Positions 29,080 through 38,568 of a stretch of 64,000 nucleotides of DNA are shown here, piece by piece (the first letter of the stretch is position 1; each line of letters starts with the position of its first letter). The notes beneath the pieces were generated by a model, which was given only the letters and a program-made list of their open reading frames with translations, searched no databases and was not told the origin of the DNA. The translations under genes and the position numbers were made by a program. This DNA comes from Gemmatimonadota bacterium (lineage in GTDB: Bacteria > Gemmatimonadota > Gemmatimonadetes > Longimicrobiales > Gaopeijiaceae): contig JAXHMG010000003.1 of assembly GCA_034521595.1 (NCBI GenBank), positions 192,001-256,000 on the forward strand. The letters run 5' to 3'.

Positions 29080-30933
29080 ATGCCGGAATCTCTGTCCCGC
29101 CGTGATTTCGTGCGTGTGGGCGCGACGCTCGGTGGTCTCGCCGGCCTCGACGCGCTGGTTCCCCGGTACGCCCGTGCCGGGGGGGACCTGGCCGCCAGAG
29201 CACCCGAAGTGCTCGACGGCAGCGCGGCTCCCCTCGATCTCACCATCGGACGGGTCTCCGTGCCGATCGGTGATCGTACCGGCCACGCGACCACGATCAA
29301 CGGCTCGCTACCCGGGCCGATCCTGCGTTTCCGTGAGGGGGACGAGGCGGTCATGCGCGTGACGAACGCTCTGGACGAAGACACGTCGGTCCACTGGCAC
29401 GGCATTCTCCTGCCCAACGGCATGGACGGCGTGCCCAACGTGAACTATCCGGGAATTCGGCCGGGCGAGACGTTCGAGTACCGGTATCCGATCGCGCAGT
29501 ACGGAACGTACTGGTACCACAGCCATTCCGGATTGCAGGAGCAGCTCGGCCAGTACGGTGCGCTGATCATCGACCCCGCGGAGCCCGAGCCGTTCGAGTA
29601 CGACCGCGATTACGTCGTGGTGCTGTCCGACTGGACGTTCGAGGATCCGTACCGGATCATGGCGCGCCTCAAGAAGGTCCCCCACTACTACAACCGGCAG
29701 AAACGGACGGTCTTCGACTTCATCCGTGACGCGGGCGATCAGGGCTTCGGTGCCGCATTGAGCGACCGCCTCATGTGGGGCGGGATGCGGATGGATCCCA
29801 CCGACATCGCCGACATCACGGGCGCGACGTACACCTACCTCATGAACGGGCTGCCGCCCGACGCGGGTTGGACCGGCCTCTTCGAGCCGGGAGAGCGGGT
29901 GCGTCTCCGCTTCATCAACGCTTCCGCCGCGTCCTTCTTCGACGTGCGGATCCCCGGGTTGCCGATGACCGTGGTGCAGTCCGACGGCCAGCACGTGAAA
30001 CCGGTCGAGACGGACGAGTTCCGCATCGGGATCGCCGAGACCTACGACGTGATCGTCGAGCCGCGAGAGGATCGTGCGTATACGGTCTTCGCCGAGGCCA
30101 TGGATCGGAGCGGATACGGTGCGGGCACGCTGGCGCCCCGGGAGGGAATGCGCGCCGAGGTACCCGAGCGGCGCGCGCGTCCGTTGCTGTCCATGGCGGA
30201 CATGGGCATGCAGCACGACATGGACGACATGGACGGTATGGGCGATGGCCAGGACATGCCGGGCGACGCGGATCCCGACGAGGCGCCGGCGATGGATCAC
30301 GGGGACCACGGGATGCAGCACATGGCCGGGAACCAGGACCGTCCACCGGGCACCGTCGCGCCGATGACGGAGCACGGCCCCGACGACCACGGCCCCGGAA
30401 GCGCCAGCGTGCCCGACCAGGTCATGAGCCGCCTCCACGAGCCCGGAAACGGCCTCGGTGAGGACGGTTGGCGGGTGCTCACCTACACGGACCTCGAGGC
30501 GCTCGAGGCGCGGCACCACCTCGACCCTCCGGAGCGGGAGATCGAGCTCCACCTCACGGGCAACATGGAGCGCTTCATGTGGTCCATCAACGGCACGACG
30601 TTCTCGGAAGCGGAGCCGATCCAGCTACGCCAAGGTGAGCGCATCCGGCTCACCATGGTGAACGACACCATGATGAACCACCCGATGCACCTGCACGGGA
30701 TGTGGATGGAGCTCGAGAACGGCAAGGGAGGCGCGATTCCCAGACAGCACACCGTGAACGTCAAGCCGGCCGAGAAGCTCTCGGCGCTGGTGACCGCCGA
30801 TGCGCCCGGCCCGTGGGCCTTCCACTGCCACGTCCTCTATCACATGGACGCGGGGATGTTCAGAGTCGTAATGGTCGGGGACGGAGAGGGGACGTACATG
30901 GACCGCTCGGGCACCGAGGGAGACGAAGCATGA
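29080..30933 (+). CDS. pcoA: Copper-resistance multicopper oxidase (PcoA/CopA family)
   Basis: SRRDFV Tat signal; HWHG, YWYHSH, HPMHLH, HCHVLYH; Met/His-rich insert. Confidence 0.95.
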   Translation: MPESLSRRDFVRVGATLGGLAGLDALVPRYARAGGDLAARAPEVLDGSAAPLDLTIGRVSVPIGDRTGHATTINGSLPGPILRFREGDEAVMRVTNALDEDTSVHWHGILLPNGMDGVPNVNYPGIRPGETFEYRYPIAQYGTYWYHSHSGLQEQLGQYGALIIDPAEPEPFEYDRDYVVVLSDWTFEDPYRIMARLKKVPHYYNRQKRTVFDFIRDAGDQGFGAALSDRLMWGGMRMDPTDIADITGATYTYLMNGLPPDAGWTGLFEPGERVRLRFINASAASFFDVRIPGLPMTVVQSDGQHVKPVETDEFRIGIAETYDVIVEPREDRAYTVFAEAMDRSGYGAGTLAPREGMRAEVPERRARPLLSMADMGMQHDMDDMDGMGDGQDMPGDADPDEAPAMDHGDHGMQHMAGNQDRPPGTVAPMTEHGPDDHGPGSASVPDQVMSRLHEPGNGLGEDGWRVLTYTDLEALEARHHLDPPEREIELHLTGNMERFMWSINGTTFSEAEPIQLRQGERIRLTMVNDTMMNHPMHLHGMWMELENGKGGAIPRQHTVNVKPAEKLSALVTADAPGPWAFHCHVLYHMDAGMFRVVMVGDGEGTYMDRSGTEGDEA

Positions 30934-31679
30934 TGCGCTTGTCGAGGGACCGGCCGCGGGCGGTTGGGTTCGCCGGGCTCATGTTGATCGTCCTGGCGCT
31001 TGCGGGACCGAGCCCCGCGGGGGCCCAGACCATGGATGACATGAACTACCTCTTCCTCATGGTCAACGAGCTCGAGCAGGCGCCCAACCTCGCCGAGCGC
31101 CCGGTGCGCCTCGGGGGGGAGGCGTGGTACGGGGGCGATTATAACCGGCTCTGGATGAAGGTCCACGGGGACGCCTCGACGAGGGAGTCCGAAGGCGACC
31201 TCGAGACGCAACTGCTGTTCAGCCGGCTGGTCTCTCCCTGGTGGGACCTCCAGGCGGGCATCCGGGTGGACCACGCTTGGGGCGAAGGGACACGCACCCG
31301 CCCGCACCTCGCGCTCGGGATCCAGGGCCTCGCCCCCTATTGGTTCGAGGTGGAGTCGTCGCTCTTCGTCGACGACGACGGGAACGTCAGCGCGGAAGTC
31401 GACGCGGGGTACGAGCTCCTCTTCTCCCAGAGCCTCATCCTCGAGCCCGAGGTGGCGGTGGGGGTGGCATTCCAGGACGTGCCGGAATGGGGCATCGCCG
31501 CGGGGATTCACGACTTCGAGGTGGGTGCGCGGCTTCGCTACGAGATCAGGCGGGAGTTCGCGCCCTATGTAGGATGGGTCTGGCAGCGGGCGTTCGGGGA
31601 CACCGCCGATCTGTTACGCGCCGGTGGGGCGCCGTACCGTGAGGGAAGCCTCGTGTTCGGGATCCGTGCCTGGTATTGA
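30930..31679 (+). CDS. pcoB: Copper resistance protein B (outer membrane)
   Basis: WYGGDYNRLW, QGLAPYWFEV, RLRYEIRREFAPYVG, C-terminal GIRAWY; ATGA overlap with pcoA. Confidence 0.93.
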   Translation: MMRLSRDRPRAVGFAGLMLIVLALAGPSPAGAQTMDDMNYLFLMVNELEQAPNLAERPVRLGGEAWYGGDYNRLWMKVHGDASTRESEGDLETQLLFSRLVSPWWDLQAGIRVDHAWGEGTRTRPHLALGIQGLAPYWFEVESSLFVDDDGNVSAEVDAGYELLFSQSLILEPEVAVGVAFQDVPEWGIAAGIHDFEVGARLRYEIRREFAPYVGWVWQRAFGDTADLLRAGGAPYREGSLVFGIRAWY

Positions 31680-31735
31680 TCCCACCGTCGGCGTGATCGA
31701 GGCCCAACCAGAGGCACCACCCATGAGGAGGGACG

Positions 31736-33766
31736 ATGTCGGAGGGCGCACACGCCGGTCACGCTGAGCACGGGGGACGTGACGAGCACGGGGGGCACGA
31801 CGAGCACGAGGGCCACAGCCCCGGCATGTTCCGGGACAAGTTCTGGCTCTCCCTGGCCCTCACGGTTCCGGTCGTGTTCTGGTCCGAGCATGTGGCGGGG
31901 CTTCTCGGCTATGAGCCTCCGGTGTTTCCAGGATCGGCGTGGATCGCGCCGGTTCTGGCCACCGTCGTCTTTCTCTACGGGGGCATGGTCTTCCTCCGCG
32001 GAGCCGTTCATGAGCTGAGCGACCGCCTGCCCGGGATGATGACCCTCATCTCCCTGGCGATCGCGGTCGCGTTCGTGTTTTCCTGGGTGGTGCAGGTCGG
32101 GCTCATCGAGGCCGAAGCCCTGTGGTGGGAGCTGGCCACGCTCGTCACGATCATGCTCCTGGGTCACTGGATCGAGATGCGCTCGATCTCCCAGGCCCAG
32201 GGCGCGCTCCAGGAGCTGGCCAAGCTCCTCCCCGACACGGCCACGCGCGTCACGGACGGTGGCGAAGAAACCGTTCACGTGGATCAGCTCCAGGCCGGGG
32301 ACGTCGTGCTCGTGCGGCCCGGCGAGAGCGTGCCGGTGGACGGGGTCGTGCGGCGCGGGTCCAGCGATCTCAACGAGTCGATGATCACCGGGGAGTCCCG
32401 ACCCGTGAAGCGGGGTGAGGGCGACGAGGTGATCGCCGGGACGATCAACGGCGAGGGCTCGCTCCGTGTGGAGGTCGTCGGCACGGGCGAAGACACCAAG
32501 CTGTCCGGAATCATGCGACTGGTGTCCGAGGCCCAGGAATCGAAGTCCCGGGCGCAGCACCTCGCCGACCGCGCGGCCCAGCTGCTCACCGGCGTGGCGA
32601 TCGCTTCCGGAATCCTGACTCTGGTCGTCTGGCAGCTCTTGGGCGCTCCGATCGACTTCTCCATCGTTCGCGTCGTCACGGTGCTCGTGATCGCGTGTCC
32701 CCACGCGCTGGGCCTCGCCGTGCCGCTCGTGGTGGCGATCTCGACGACGCTGGGGGCGCGAGGCGGGCTTCTGGTTCGTGACCGAAGAGGGCTGGAGGAA
32801 GCGCGAAACCTCGATACGGTGATCTTCGACAAGACCGGCACGTTGACGCTCGGGGAGTTCCGGGTGGTCGAGATGGTTACCGCAGAGGGGTGGGCGGAGG
32901 ACGACGCGCTTCGCGCCGCCGCCGGAGTAGAGGCCGAGTCCGAGCACCCGATTGCCCGAGGCATCGTGAAGACGGCGGAAGAGCGGGAGCTCGACGTGCC
33001 GGGCGCTGAAGGCTTTCGGGCACTCACCGGTAAGGGCGTGGCCGCCACCGTGGAGGGCCGGGAGTACCACATGGGTGGCCCCGCCCTCCTGAAGGCCGAG
33101 GAAGCTCACGTGCCCGAGCCGCTCCGGCGCGCGGCGGAGCAGGCGGGAGAGCGGGGGCAGGCCGCGATCTACCTTCTGTCGGATGGCGAAGCGCTCGCCG
33201 TCTTCGCGGTAGCCGACGCGATTCGGGAGGAGAGCCGGGAGGCCATCCGGGCCCTTCACGAGCGTGGCATCGAAGTGGCCATGCTCACAGGCGACGCGCG
33301 GGCCGTGGCCGATGCGGTCGCGGCGGAGCTCGGCATCGACACGGTGTTCGCCGAGGTGCTCCCCGAGGACAAGGCGTCCAAGGTGCGGGAGCTCCAGACG
33401 CAGGGGAAGAAGGTCGCCATGGTGGGCGACGGCGTGAACGACGCGCCCGCGCTCGCGACGGCGGACCTCGGAATCGCCATCGGGGCCGGGACCGACGTGG
33501 CCGTCGAGGCCGGCCACATCGTTTTGGTGCGCTCCGACCCGCGTGACATCCCGCGCATCGTGACGCTCTCCCGTGCGACGTACAACAAGATGCTGCAGAA
33601 TCTGTGGTGGGCCGCGGGCTACAACATCCTCGCCATCCCGCTGGCGGCTGGTGTGCTCGCCGCGTGGGGAATTCTGCTCACACCCGCGGTGGGCGCGGTG
33701 CTGATGTCGGCGAGCACGGTCATCGTGGCCGTGAACGCACAGCTACTGAAGCGTACGGAGCTGTGA
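31736..33766 (+). CDS. P1B-3 copper ATPase (CopB type)
   Basis: His-rich N-terminus, PGMMTLI, CPHALG, DKTGT, SEHPIA, GYN, MSAST. Confidence 0.94.
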   Translation: MSEGAHAGHAEHGGRDEHGGHDEHEGHSPGMFRDKFWLSLALTVPVVFWSEHVAGLLGYEPPVFPGSAWIAPVLATVVFLYGGMVFLRGAVHELSDRLPGMMTLISLAIAVAFVFSWVVQVGLIEAEALWWELATLVTIMLLGHWIEMRSISQAQGALQELAKLLPDTATRVTDGGEETVHVDQLQAGDVVLVRPGESVPVDGVVRRGSSDLNESMITGESRPVKRGEGDEVIAGTINGEGSLRVEVVGTGEDTKLSGIMRLVSEAQESKSRAQHLADRAAQLLTGVAIASGILTLVVWQLLGAPIDFSIVRVVTVLVIACPHALGLAVPLVVAISTTLGARGGLLVRDRRGLEEARNLDTVIFDKTGTLTLGEFRVVEMVTAEGWAEDDALRAAAGVEAESEHPIARGIVKTAEERELDVPGAEGFRALTGKGVAATVEGREYHMGGPALLKAEEAHVPEPLRRAAEQAGERGQAAIYLLSDGEALAVFAVADAIREESREAIRALHERGIEVAMLTGDARAVADAVAAELGIDTVFAEVLPEDKASKVRELQTQGKKVAMVGDGVNDAPALATADLGIAIGAGTDVAVEAGHIVLVRSDPRDIPRIVTLSRATYNKMLQNLWWAAGYNILAIPLAAGVLAAWGILLTPAVGAVLMSASTVIVAVNAQLLKRTEL

Positions 33767-34686
33767 GCGTGGCCGGTGCATCGCCGGGACCGCTGCCCGG
33801 AGGACACCGGCCGTTCGCGCTCGTGCTCGGCGGCGGCGGAGCCCGTGGCTTCGCCCACCTCGGTGTGCTCCGAGCCCTCGAGCGTGCGGGTTACCGACCC
33901 ACGCGTGTCGTCGGTGTGTCCATGGGGGCCCTTGTGGGAGTGGCGTATGCGCGGAGGAGCGACTGGTATGCCGCCGTGCTCGGGATGAACCTCGACGGCT
34001 TTCCCGGCCCGATCGCCTCGTCCGACACGAGCGGTCGGCCTGCGCGGGCGATGTGGGGACGCGCTCGGTCCTTCGCATCGACCGTGCGGCGGGCATTCTC
34101 GATGGTCACGGATTGGGGGCCGGGCGCCCGAGCTCGGGAGGCAGGGTTGGCGGAGCTGCGGAAGCTGGTGGGGCACGGACCCCTCGACGGCGCTCGGATT
34201 CCGGCGGTCGTCACGGCGACCGACCTCCGGAGTGGTGAGCGGGTGGTCCTGACGGATACACCGTGTGACGATTCGGTATACGCCAGTGCGGCCCTCGCCG
34301 GCATCCTGCCGCCCCTCGCGTGGGGTGACTGCCTCCTCGCGGACGGGGCCTATTCCGACTTGGCGCCGGTGGACCTCGCGCGCACTCCGGACTGCGCGTC
34401 GGTCCTCGCCGTCGACGCCGGGTCAATGGCCGAGGCCGGCGACATCCGGAACGGGTACCGGGCGATCATGAGGGCCATGGAGATATGCCATCGCCAACAC
34501 GCGCGGCTCCGGTTTTCCGAGGCCGACCTTGTCCTGCGACCGGCGTTCAAGCGTAGCATCGATATTCTGGATTTCGATGCCCGAAGGGCATGCGTGGCTG
34601 CGGGGATCAGAATCGTGAGAGAGAAGATTCCGGAGATCCGGGCGTTCCTCGACACCGGGCCGGATGAGACGGGTAGGACGACGTGA
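33763..34686 (+). CDS. Patatin-like phospholipase
   Basis: LGGGGARG, GVSMG nucleophile, ADGA; GTGA overlap with the ATPase stop. Confidence 0.88.
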   Translation: MSVAGASPGPLPGGHRPFALVLGGGGARGFAHLGVLRALERAGYRPTRVVGVSMGALVGVAYARRSDWYAAVLGMNLDGFPGPIASSDTSGRPARAMWGRARSFASTVRRAFSMVTDWGPGARAREAGLAELRKLVGHGPLDGARIPAVVTATDLRSGERVVLTDTPCDDSVYASAALAGILPPLAWGDCLLADGAYSDLAPVDLARTPDCASVLAVDAGSMAEAGDIRNGYRAIMRAMEICHRQHARLRFSEADLVLRPAFKRSIDILDFDARRACVAAGIRIVREKIPEIRAFLDTGPDETGRTT

Positions 34687-34905
34687 CGGTCTAGCTTGCG
34701 CGAGAGGGGTGTCGAATGATCTCGTAGCGTAGAGGGCAGGCAAAGCGCCTCGTCGTCCTCTGATCGTTCAGACCAGGAAGGTGCGGTATGGATTCGACCC
34801 GTTGCCCGTCGAGGAGGGTCCGCCGTCTCGCCGGCTCCATGCGAGTGTTGGGCACCGTCCACGGCTCGCCCGCGGAACGACCGCGGAACGGCCGGGGAGG
34901 TGTGC

Positions 34906-36585
34906 ATGTCGGAGCCTGAGCGTGCGCGGAGGGAGCTCGACGCGTGGCGGCGGAGCTTGCCGGCCGATCCGTACGAGGCGGACGATGAGCTACGGGTCCT
35001 GAACCGGTCCCATCTCGAAGGGACGCGGCACGACGACCTGCACCGGCGGGCCTCGGAGCTCGGCCGAGCGGTCACGGCGGTAATCGGGCCGGCGGCCGAG
35101 CGCTACGAGCAGAGAGAGCATCTACCCGAGCTCGCGCGGTACGACGGGCTGGGGCATCGGGTCGAGGAAGTCCGCTTCGATCCCGCCTACGACGCGGCCG
35201 GCGCCGCGGTTTGGAAGAGCGGGTTGGTGCGGGACTGCGGCACCCCCGGGCGAGCGTTCGAGCAGGCGACCCTCTTGTATCTACTTTCGCTCGAAGGCGA
35301 GGCGGGCCACGTGTGCCCGGCCACATGCACCATTGGGCTGGCGCGAGCCCTGCGTCGACGGGCGGCCGACGCGGTCCGGGACCGGTTCCTTCCGCCGCTT
35401 CTCGTCACCGACTACGACCGGACGCAACGGGCATCGCAATTCCTCACCGAGGTGCAGGGGGGGAGCGATGTGGGAGCGAACGCCTGCCGGGCGGTCGCGC
35501 AGCCCGATGGAACCTATCTGATCTCGGGTGAGAAGTGGTTCTGCTCGGTCGCCGACGCCGAGCAGTTCCTGGTCACGGCCCGGCCCGAAGGGGCGCCCGA
35601 AGGCACGCGTGGTCTCGGGTGCTTCGTGGTCCCACGCCGGATCGACGGCGCCCCGAACGGCTTTTCGCTGCGGCGGCTCAAGGACAAGCTCGGCACGCGC
35701 GGCATGGCTTCCGCGGAGATCGACTTCGACGCCGCGGTGGCGTGGCCGATCGGGCCGGTCTCGGAGGGCTTCAAGACGGCGGTGGAGATCGTGTTGAACA
35801 CCAGCCGGTGGGCCACCGCGATCGGATCGACGGGCATGATGCGGCGGGCCCTCGTGGAAGCGAGTGGTTACGCCCGGCACCGTCGCGCCTTCGGACGACC
35901 GATCGTGGAGTACCCGCTGGTGCGCGAGACCCTCGCCGAAATGCACATGGGGTGGCTGGGCGCGTTACGCCTGGTCTGGGTTCTCACCGATCTCGAAGAC
36001 CGGATCGATGCCGGGACGGCGAGCGAAGAGGACGTGCTCTTCCACCGCTTCATGGTGAACGCCGTGAAGTACGTGGCCAGCAGCCGTGCCTCGGCGGTCG
36101 TACGGCAGGGGATCGAAGTCCTCGGCGGTAACGGGACCATCGAGGACTTCAGCGTGCTGCCTCGACTCTATCGGGACGCCGTCGTCTACGAATCCTGGGA
36201 GGGGACGCACAACGTGTTGGTCGCGCAGATCCTGCGGGATCTCGGGCGGCTCCCGATCCTCGATGTCGTCCGCACCCGCGTGAGCGAGATGCTCGAAGAC
36301 TCCGACAGTGAGGCGGCGGCCCTCGCGATTCCGGCGCTCGACGACGCATTGGAGGGTGTCGCGCGCTCGGTCGAGGAGCCGGATTTCGGGGCCGCGCACT
36401 TCCGGAGGCTGCTCGATCGACTCATGTGTACGGTGGAAGTGGGCGCACTCGTGCGCGGCGCCACGCCGCGGAGTGCCGCGGCGGCGGATCTGTTGGTCCA
36501 CCTACGCCTGGTGCCCGGATACCGCCCCGAAAGCGATCCCGAATTCGATGGACGGGTCGATGTGCTCGTCGCCCCCGAAGAATGA
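34906..36585 (+). CDS. Acyl-CoA dehydrogenase, AidB-like
   Basis: EAGHVCP, QFLTEVQGGSDV, GEKWFCS, RLKDKLGTR, WEGTHNV. Confidence 0.88.
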   Translation: MSEPERARRELDAWRRSLPADPYEADDELRVLNRSHLEGTRHDDLHRRASELGRAVTAVIGPAAERYEQREHLPELARYDGLGHRVEEVRFDPAYDAAGAAVWKSGLVRDCGTPGRAFEQATLLYLLSLEGEAGHVCPATCTIGLARALRRRAADAVRDRFLPPLLVTDYDRTQRASQFLTEVQGGSDVGANACRAVAQPDGTYLISGEKWFCSVADAEQFLVTARPEGAPEGTRGLGCFVVPRRIDGAPNGFSLRRLKDKLGTRGMASAEIDFDAAVAWPIGPVSEGFKTAVEIVLNTSRWATAIGSTGMMRRALVEASGYARHRRAFGRPIVEYPLVRETLAEMHMGWLGALRLVWVLTDLEDRIDAGTASEEDVLFHRFMVNAVKYVASSRASAVVRQGIEVLGGNGTIEDFSVLPRLYRDAVVYESWEGTHNVLVAQILRDLGRLPILDVVRTRVSEMLEDSDSEAAALAIPALDDALEGVARSVEEPDFGAAHFRRLLDRLMCTVEVGALVRGATPRSAAAADLLVHLRLVPGYRPESDPEFDGRVDVLVAPEE

Positions 36586-37952
36586 AAAACCTCATGCGCA
36601 CCAGCCAGGATCCACGAGGCGCGCGCGCCCTTGCCCGTCGCGCGCTCGAAGATCTGTTCGGTCCGGTCGAGGAGCGGGGCTTCACCGTCCGCTACTGGGA
36701 TGGCGAAGAGGAAGGACCGCCCGGCGAAGGGGCGTCCGACTTCGTCCTGGTGCTCCGGCATCCCGCGGCCCTCCGCCGGGCCTTCTTGCCCCCGACCGAC
36801 CGTTCCATGGCGCTGGCGTTCGGTCGGGGCGACGTCGACGTCGACGGCGACCTCGAAGCGGCCGCCGGATTGGCGGATGCGGTGAAGGCCACGGTGAGTG
36901 ATCCAGGCCGGGCGGCCAAGCTCCTGTCGCATCTCGCTCGACTGCCGCGCGGCGGGGACCAACAGCTCGAAGGAGGTGCGCCTTTAGAGGGCCGCCAAGC
37001 GGGTCGCTTGCACTCCCGTGCCCGGGACCGCGCGTCGGTGCGGCATCATTACGATCTGGGGAACGACTTCTTCCGGCTGTACCTGGACAGCCGGATGGTC
37101 TACTCGTGTGCGTATTTCGAGGAGGGGAGCGAGTCCATCGACGAGGCGCAGGAGGCGAAGCTCGATCTCGTCTGCCGGAAGCTTCGACTCGAGCCCGGCG
37201 ACCGATTCCTGGATATCGGGTGTGGCTGGGGCAGCCTGGTGGAGTTCGCCGCCAGGCGGTACGGAGTCCGGGCCACGGGCCTGACGCTGAGCCCCAGCCA
37301 GGCCGAGGTCGCCCGTGCGCGTATGCGTGACGCCGGCATCCAGGATCGCTGCCGGATCGAGGTGTGCGACTACCGCGAACTCGATCCGCCCGAACGGTTC
37401 GACAAGATCGCGAGCGTCGGCATGGTGGAGCATGTGGGGCGGCCGCGGTTGCGCACGTACTTCAGATCGGCGGAGCGACTTCTCGAGCCGGGCGGGCTTT
37501 TTCTCAATCACGGGATCGTGGACATCAGGCGTCGGCCCGGTTGGCTGGCGCTGGGGGCTCGACGGCGCCTGGCCCGATACACGTCGTTCATGCAGCGCTT
37601 CATCTTCCCGGATTCCGAGCTGGTGAGTCCCGCGGAGCTCACGGATCCCGGTGAGCGTGTCGGTCTCGAGCTGCGTGACGTCGAGAGTCTCCGGGAACAT
37701 TACGCCCTCACGCTGCGGGCCTGGCTTCGGCGCCTCGAAGCCAGGCAGGACGAGGCCATCGGCCAGGTCGGTATGGAGACGTACCGTTTGTGGCGGCTGT
37801 ACATGGCGGTGAGCGCCTCCCTGTTCGCTACCGGGAAGCTCGGGGTGGTGCAGATGCTCTGGGGTAAGCGTCATGGCGACGGACACTTGCCTCTGCCCCG
37901 GACGCGCGCGGACCTGTACGCCCCCGGGCTCGGGGAGGCACCGTCCGGGTGA
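36582..37952 (+). CDS. cfa: Cyclopropane-fatty-acyl-phospholipid synthase family methyltransferase
   Basis: HHYDLGNDFF, YSCAYF, LDIGCGWG, SVGMVEHVG, ESLREHYA; ATGA overlap. Confidence 0.93.
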   Translation: MKNLMRTSQDPRGARALARRALEDLFGPVEERGFTVRYWDGEEEGPPGEGASDFVLVLRHPAALRRAFLPPTDRSMALAFGRGDVDVDGDLEAAAGLADAVKATVSDPGRAAKLLSHLARLPRGGDQQLEGGAPLEGRQAGRLHSRARDRASVRHHYDLGNDFFRLYLDSRMVYSCAYFEEGSESIDEAQEAKLDLVCRKLRLEPGDRFLDIGCGWGSLVEFAARRYGVRATGLTLSPSQAEVARARMRDAGIQDRCRIEVCDYRELDPPERFDKIASVGMVEHVGRPRLRTYFRSAERLLEPGGLFLNHGIVDIRRRPGWLALGARRRLARYTSFMQRFIFPDSELVSPAELTDPGERVGLELRDVESLREHYALTLRAWLRRLEARQDEAIGQVGMETYRLWRLYMAVSASLFATGKLGVVQMLWGKRHGDGHLPLPRTRADLYAPGLGEAPSG

Positions 37953-38001
37953 TCACTGCGCCAGAGGTCCCTGTCCGCTTCGCCCCCGATCATGGTGACG
38001 T

Positions 38002-38568
38002 ATGCGCACTCGCCGTGGCGCCCGTCGGTCGGGTGTCCAGCGGGTCGAGCCGGTAGGGCGTCGGGTGGAGGGGACGCCGGGAGATCGGCCGGACCTGTGG
38101 AGCAACCGCAGCGGCTATGCGTGGGTAGACCACACATCCGAAGCCACGCTCCGTCTCCGTGGGCCCACGTTCGCGGCGCTGCTCGAGGAGGCCGCCCGTG
38201 CATTCGTCAGTCTGGTCCCCGGGCACTTGGGTGGGGACGGTCCCGAAGCGGATGACGATGACGACGCGGCTTCGGGGGCATGGAGAGAGCTCACGCTGGA
38301 GGAGGGCGACGCCGCGTCCGTATTGGTGGGTTGGCTGAACGAGTTGGTATATCTCGCCGAGGTCGAGCGGTGGGTGCCGACCGAGGTCGCCCTCGAGGCC
38401 GGAGTCGACGAGCAGGAGGACGTGATGAGCACGGGGCCGGTGCGGGTACGTGCCCGGGGGCGCACGCTCGAGCAGCCGTTCGTCCTCGTGAAGGCGGCGA
38501 CGCTGCACGGTGCGAAGGTCCGGAGTCGATCGGGACATCTCGAAGCGGAGGTCACGCTGGACATATGA
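38002..38568 (+). CDS. Archease (start uncertain)
   Basis: DHTSE near N-terminus, WLNELVY, VKAATLH, C-terminal LDI; ATGA overlap with rtcB. Confidence 0.85.
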   Translation: MRTRRGARRSGVQRVEPVGRRVEGTPGDRPDLWSNRSGYAWVDHTSEATLRLRGPTFAALLEEAARAFVSLVPGHLGGDGPEADDDDDAASGAWRELTLEEGDAASVLVGWLNELVYLAEVERWVPTEVALEAGVDEQEDVMSTGPVRVRARGRTLEQPFVLVKAATLHGAKVRSRSGHLEAEVTLDI

